From NCBI RefSeq assembly GCF_001194135.2, contig NC_068986.1, forward strand, positions 113,263,710-113,312,355: a stretch of DNA of 48,646 nucleotides, in the 5' to 3' direction. This document shows positions 47,855 to 48,646 of this stretch, piece by piece. Every line of letters begins with the position of its first letter. The stretch's first letter is position 1. Position numbers and translations under genes: made by a program. A model generated the notes under the pieces. The model made no database searches. It was not told the DNA's origin and saw only the letters and a list, made by a program, of their open reading frames with translations. The DNA comes from Octopus bimaculoides (lineage: Eukaryota).

Positions 47855-48300
47855 ACATCATCAAGAATATCGGTATCATTAATTTTGTTATTCATATCCT
47901 CGCCATTATCGTTTTCCTCAGCATTGTCCTCCCTCCTCGTCTTCCTTCTCTCCCCCCTCCTCCGCATCATCATCCTCCTCCTCCTCCTCATCATCATCAT
48001 CATTATCATCATTATCTTTATCTTCACCCTCCCCTATACATCACCATCGTTTCCATAAACTTCATCATCCTCATCATCATCGTCTCCCTGTCTTCACCTC
48101 CTCTTTTATTTCTACCTCCCCTTCTTCCTCCTCCTCCTCCTCCTCCTCATCATCATCATCATCGACTTTGTTGTCACGGTCGCTATGATATTCATCAACG
48201 TCACCCGCATCGCCATCATCATCGTCACCATCGTCTTCCATGTCATCTTCATCATCTTTGCAATCAACATCGCGGTTTTACATTACCATCATCGTCATCT
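47786..48300. repeat. (CAT)n/(CCT)n low-complexity tract
   Basis: Directly visible; produces the spurious poly-I/P/H ORF 47692-48360. Confidence 0.9.
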
Positions 48301-48646
48301 CCGTTTCGTGTTACACTAATTAGCCGTACTACAACAGAATCTATACAAAAATCAAGTTAAAACAATAAAACATTTAATGGTGCTTCCCATCCTCCCCTAA
48401 TTAACTACAATTCACACCCGACGTCACATCATCTACCTCACCCCCCTCCATCCATCACTCAACACAACCCCCTCTTTATCTACATCTCCACCCAGTCCCC
48501 TCTCTATATCTCCCTTCATCCTGCCACCTCTACTTAACCATTTTCAATTGTATTTTTGTCTTTTTTTTGCCTTCTTTGACGTTGATTTAATTTTTTCATA
48601 ATTCATTAAATTTACTTGTTGTTAGATATAATATACATACACCCCC

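Noticed and set aside
47692-48360. 222-aa poly-Ile/Pro/His ORF
   Set aside because: Built from (CAT)n/(CCT)n low-complexity DNA with no domain or splice support.

Overview
Eukaryotic, AT-rich, repeat-dominated genomic DNA. About 4.3 kb is N, in 11 assembly gaps that mostly open at microsatellites. The microsatellite density and SINE family suggest an octopus-like cephalopod; this is inference, not a database result. No complete protein-coding gene, rRNA, tRNA gene or CRISPR array is supported, and most long ORFs in the supplied track are artefacts of microsatellites or N runs. The window holds decayed mobile DNA: (i) several R4/Dong-like restriction-like-endonuclease LINE pieces, those retaining a 3' end finishing in (TAA)n; (ii) an RTE LINE 3' end; (iii) three Tc1/mariner transposase relics, a pogo/Tigger-like MITE and three fold-back (hairpin) elements; (iv) about a dozen copies of one SINE family with interchangeable 3' tails; (v) Penelope-like remnants, including a minimal hammerhead-ribozyme motif. 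The most unusual structures are a SINE-head/LINE-tail chimera sitting tail-to-tail with another Dong copy across a (TAA)n(TTA)n palindrome (23.5-24.4 kb), a hammerhead motif with a locally templated insertion of pseudoknot geometry (12.65 kb), and a ~640-bp palindrome (14.2-14.8 kb). There are also weak hints of a minus-strand host gene: two candidate exons with leucine-rich-repeat patterns and a YY1/CCAAT/ETS promoter-like cluster near 39.0 kb.
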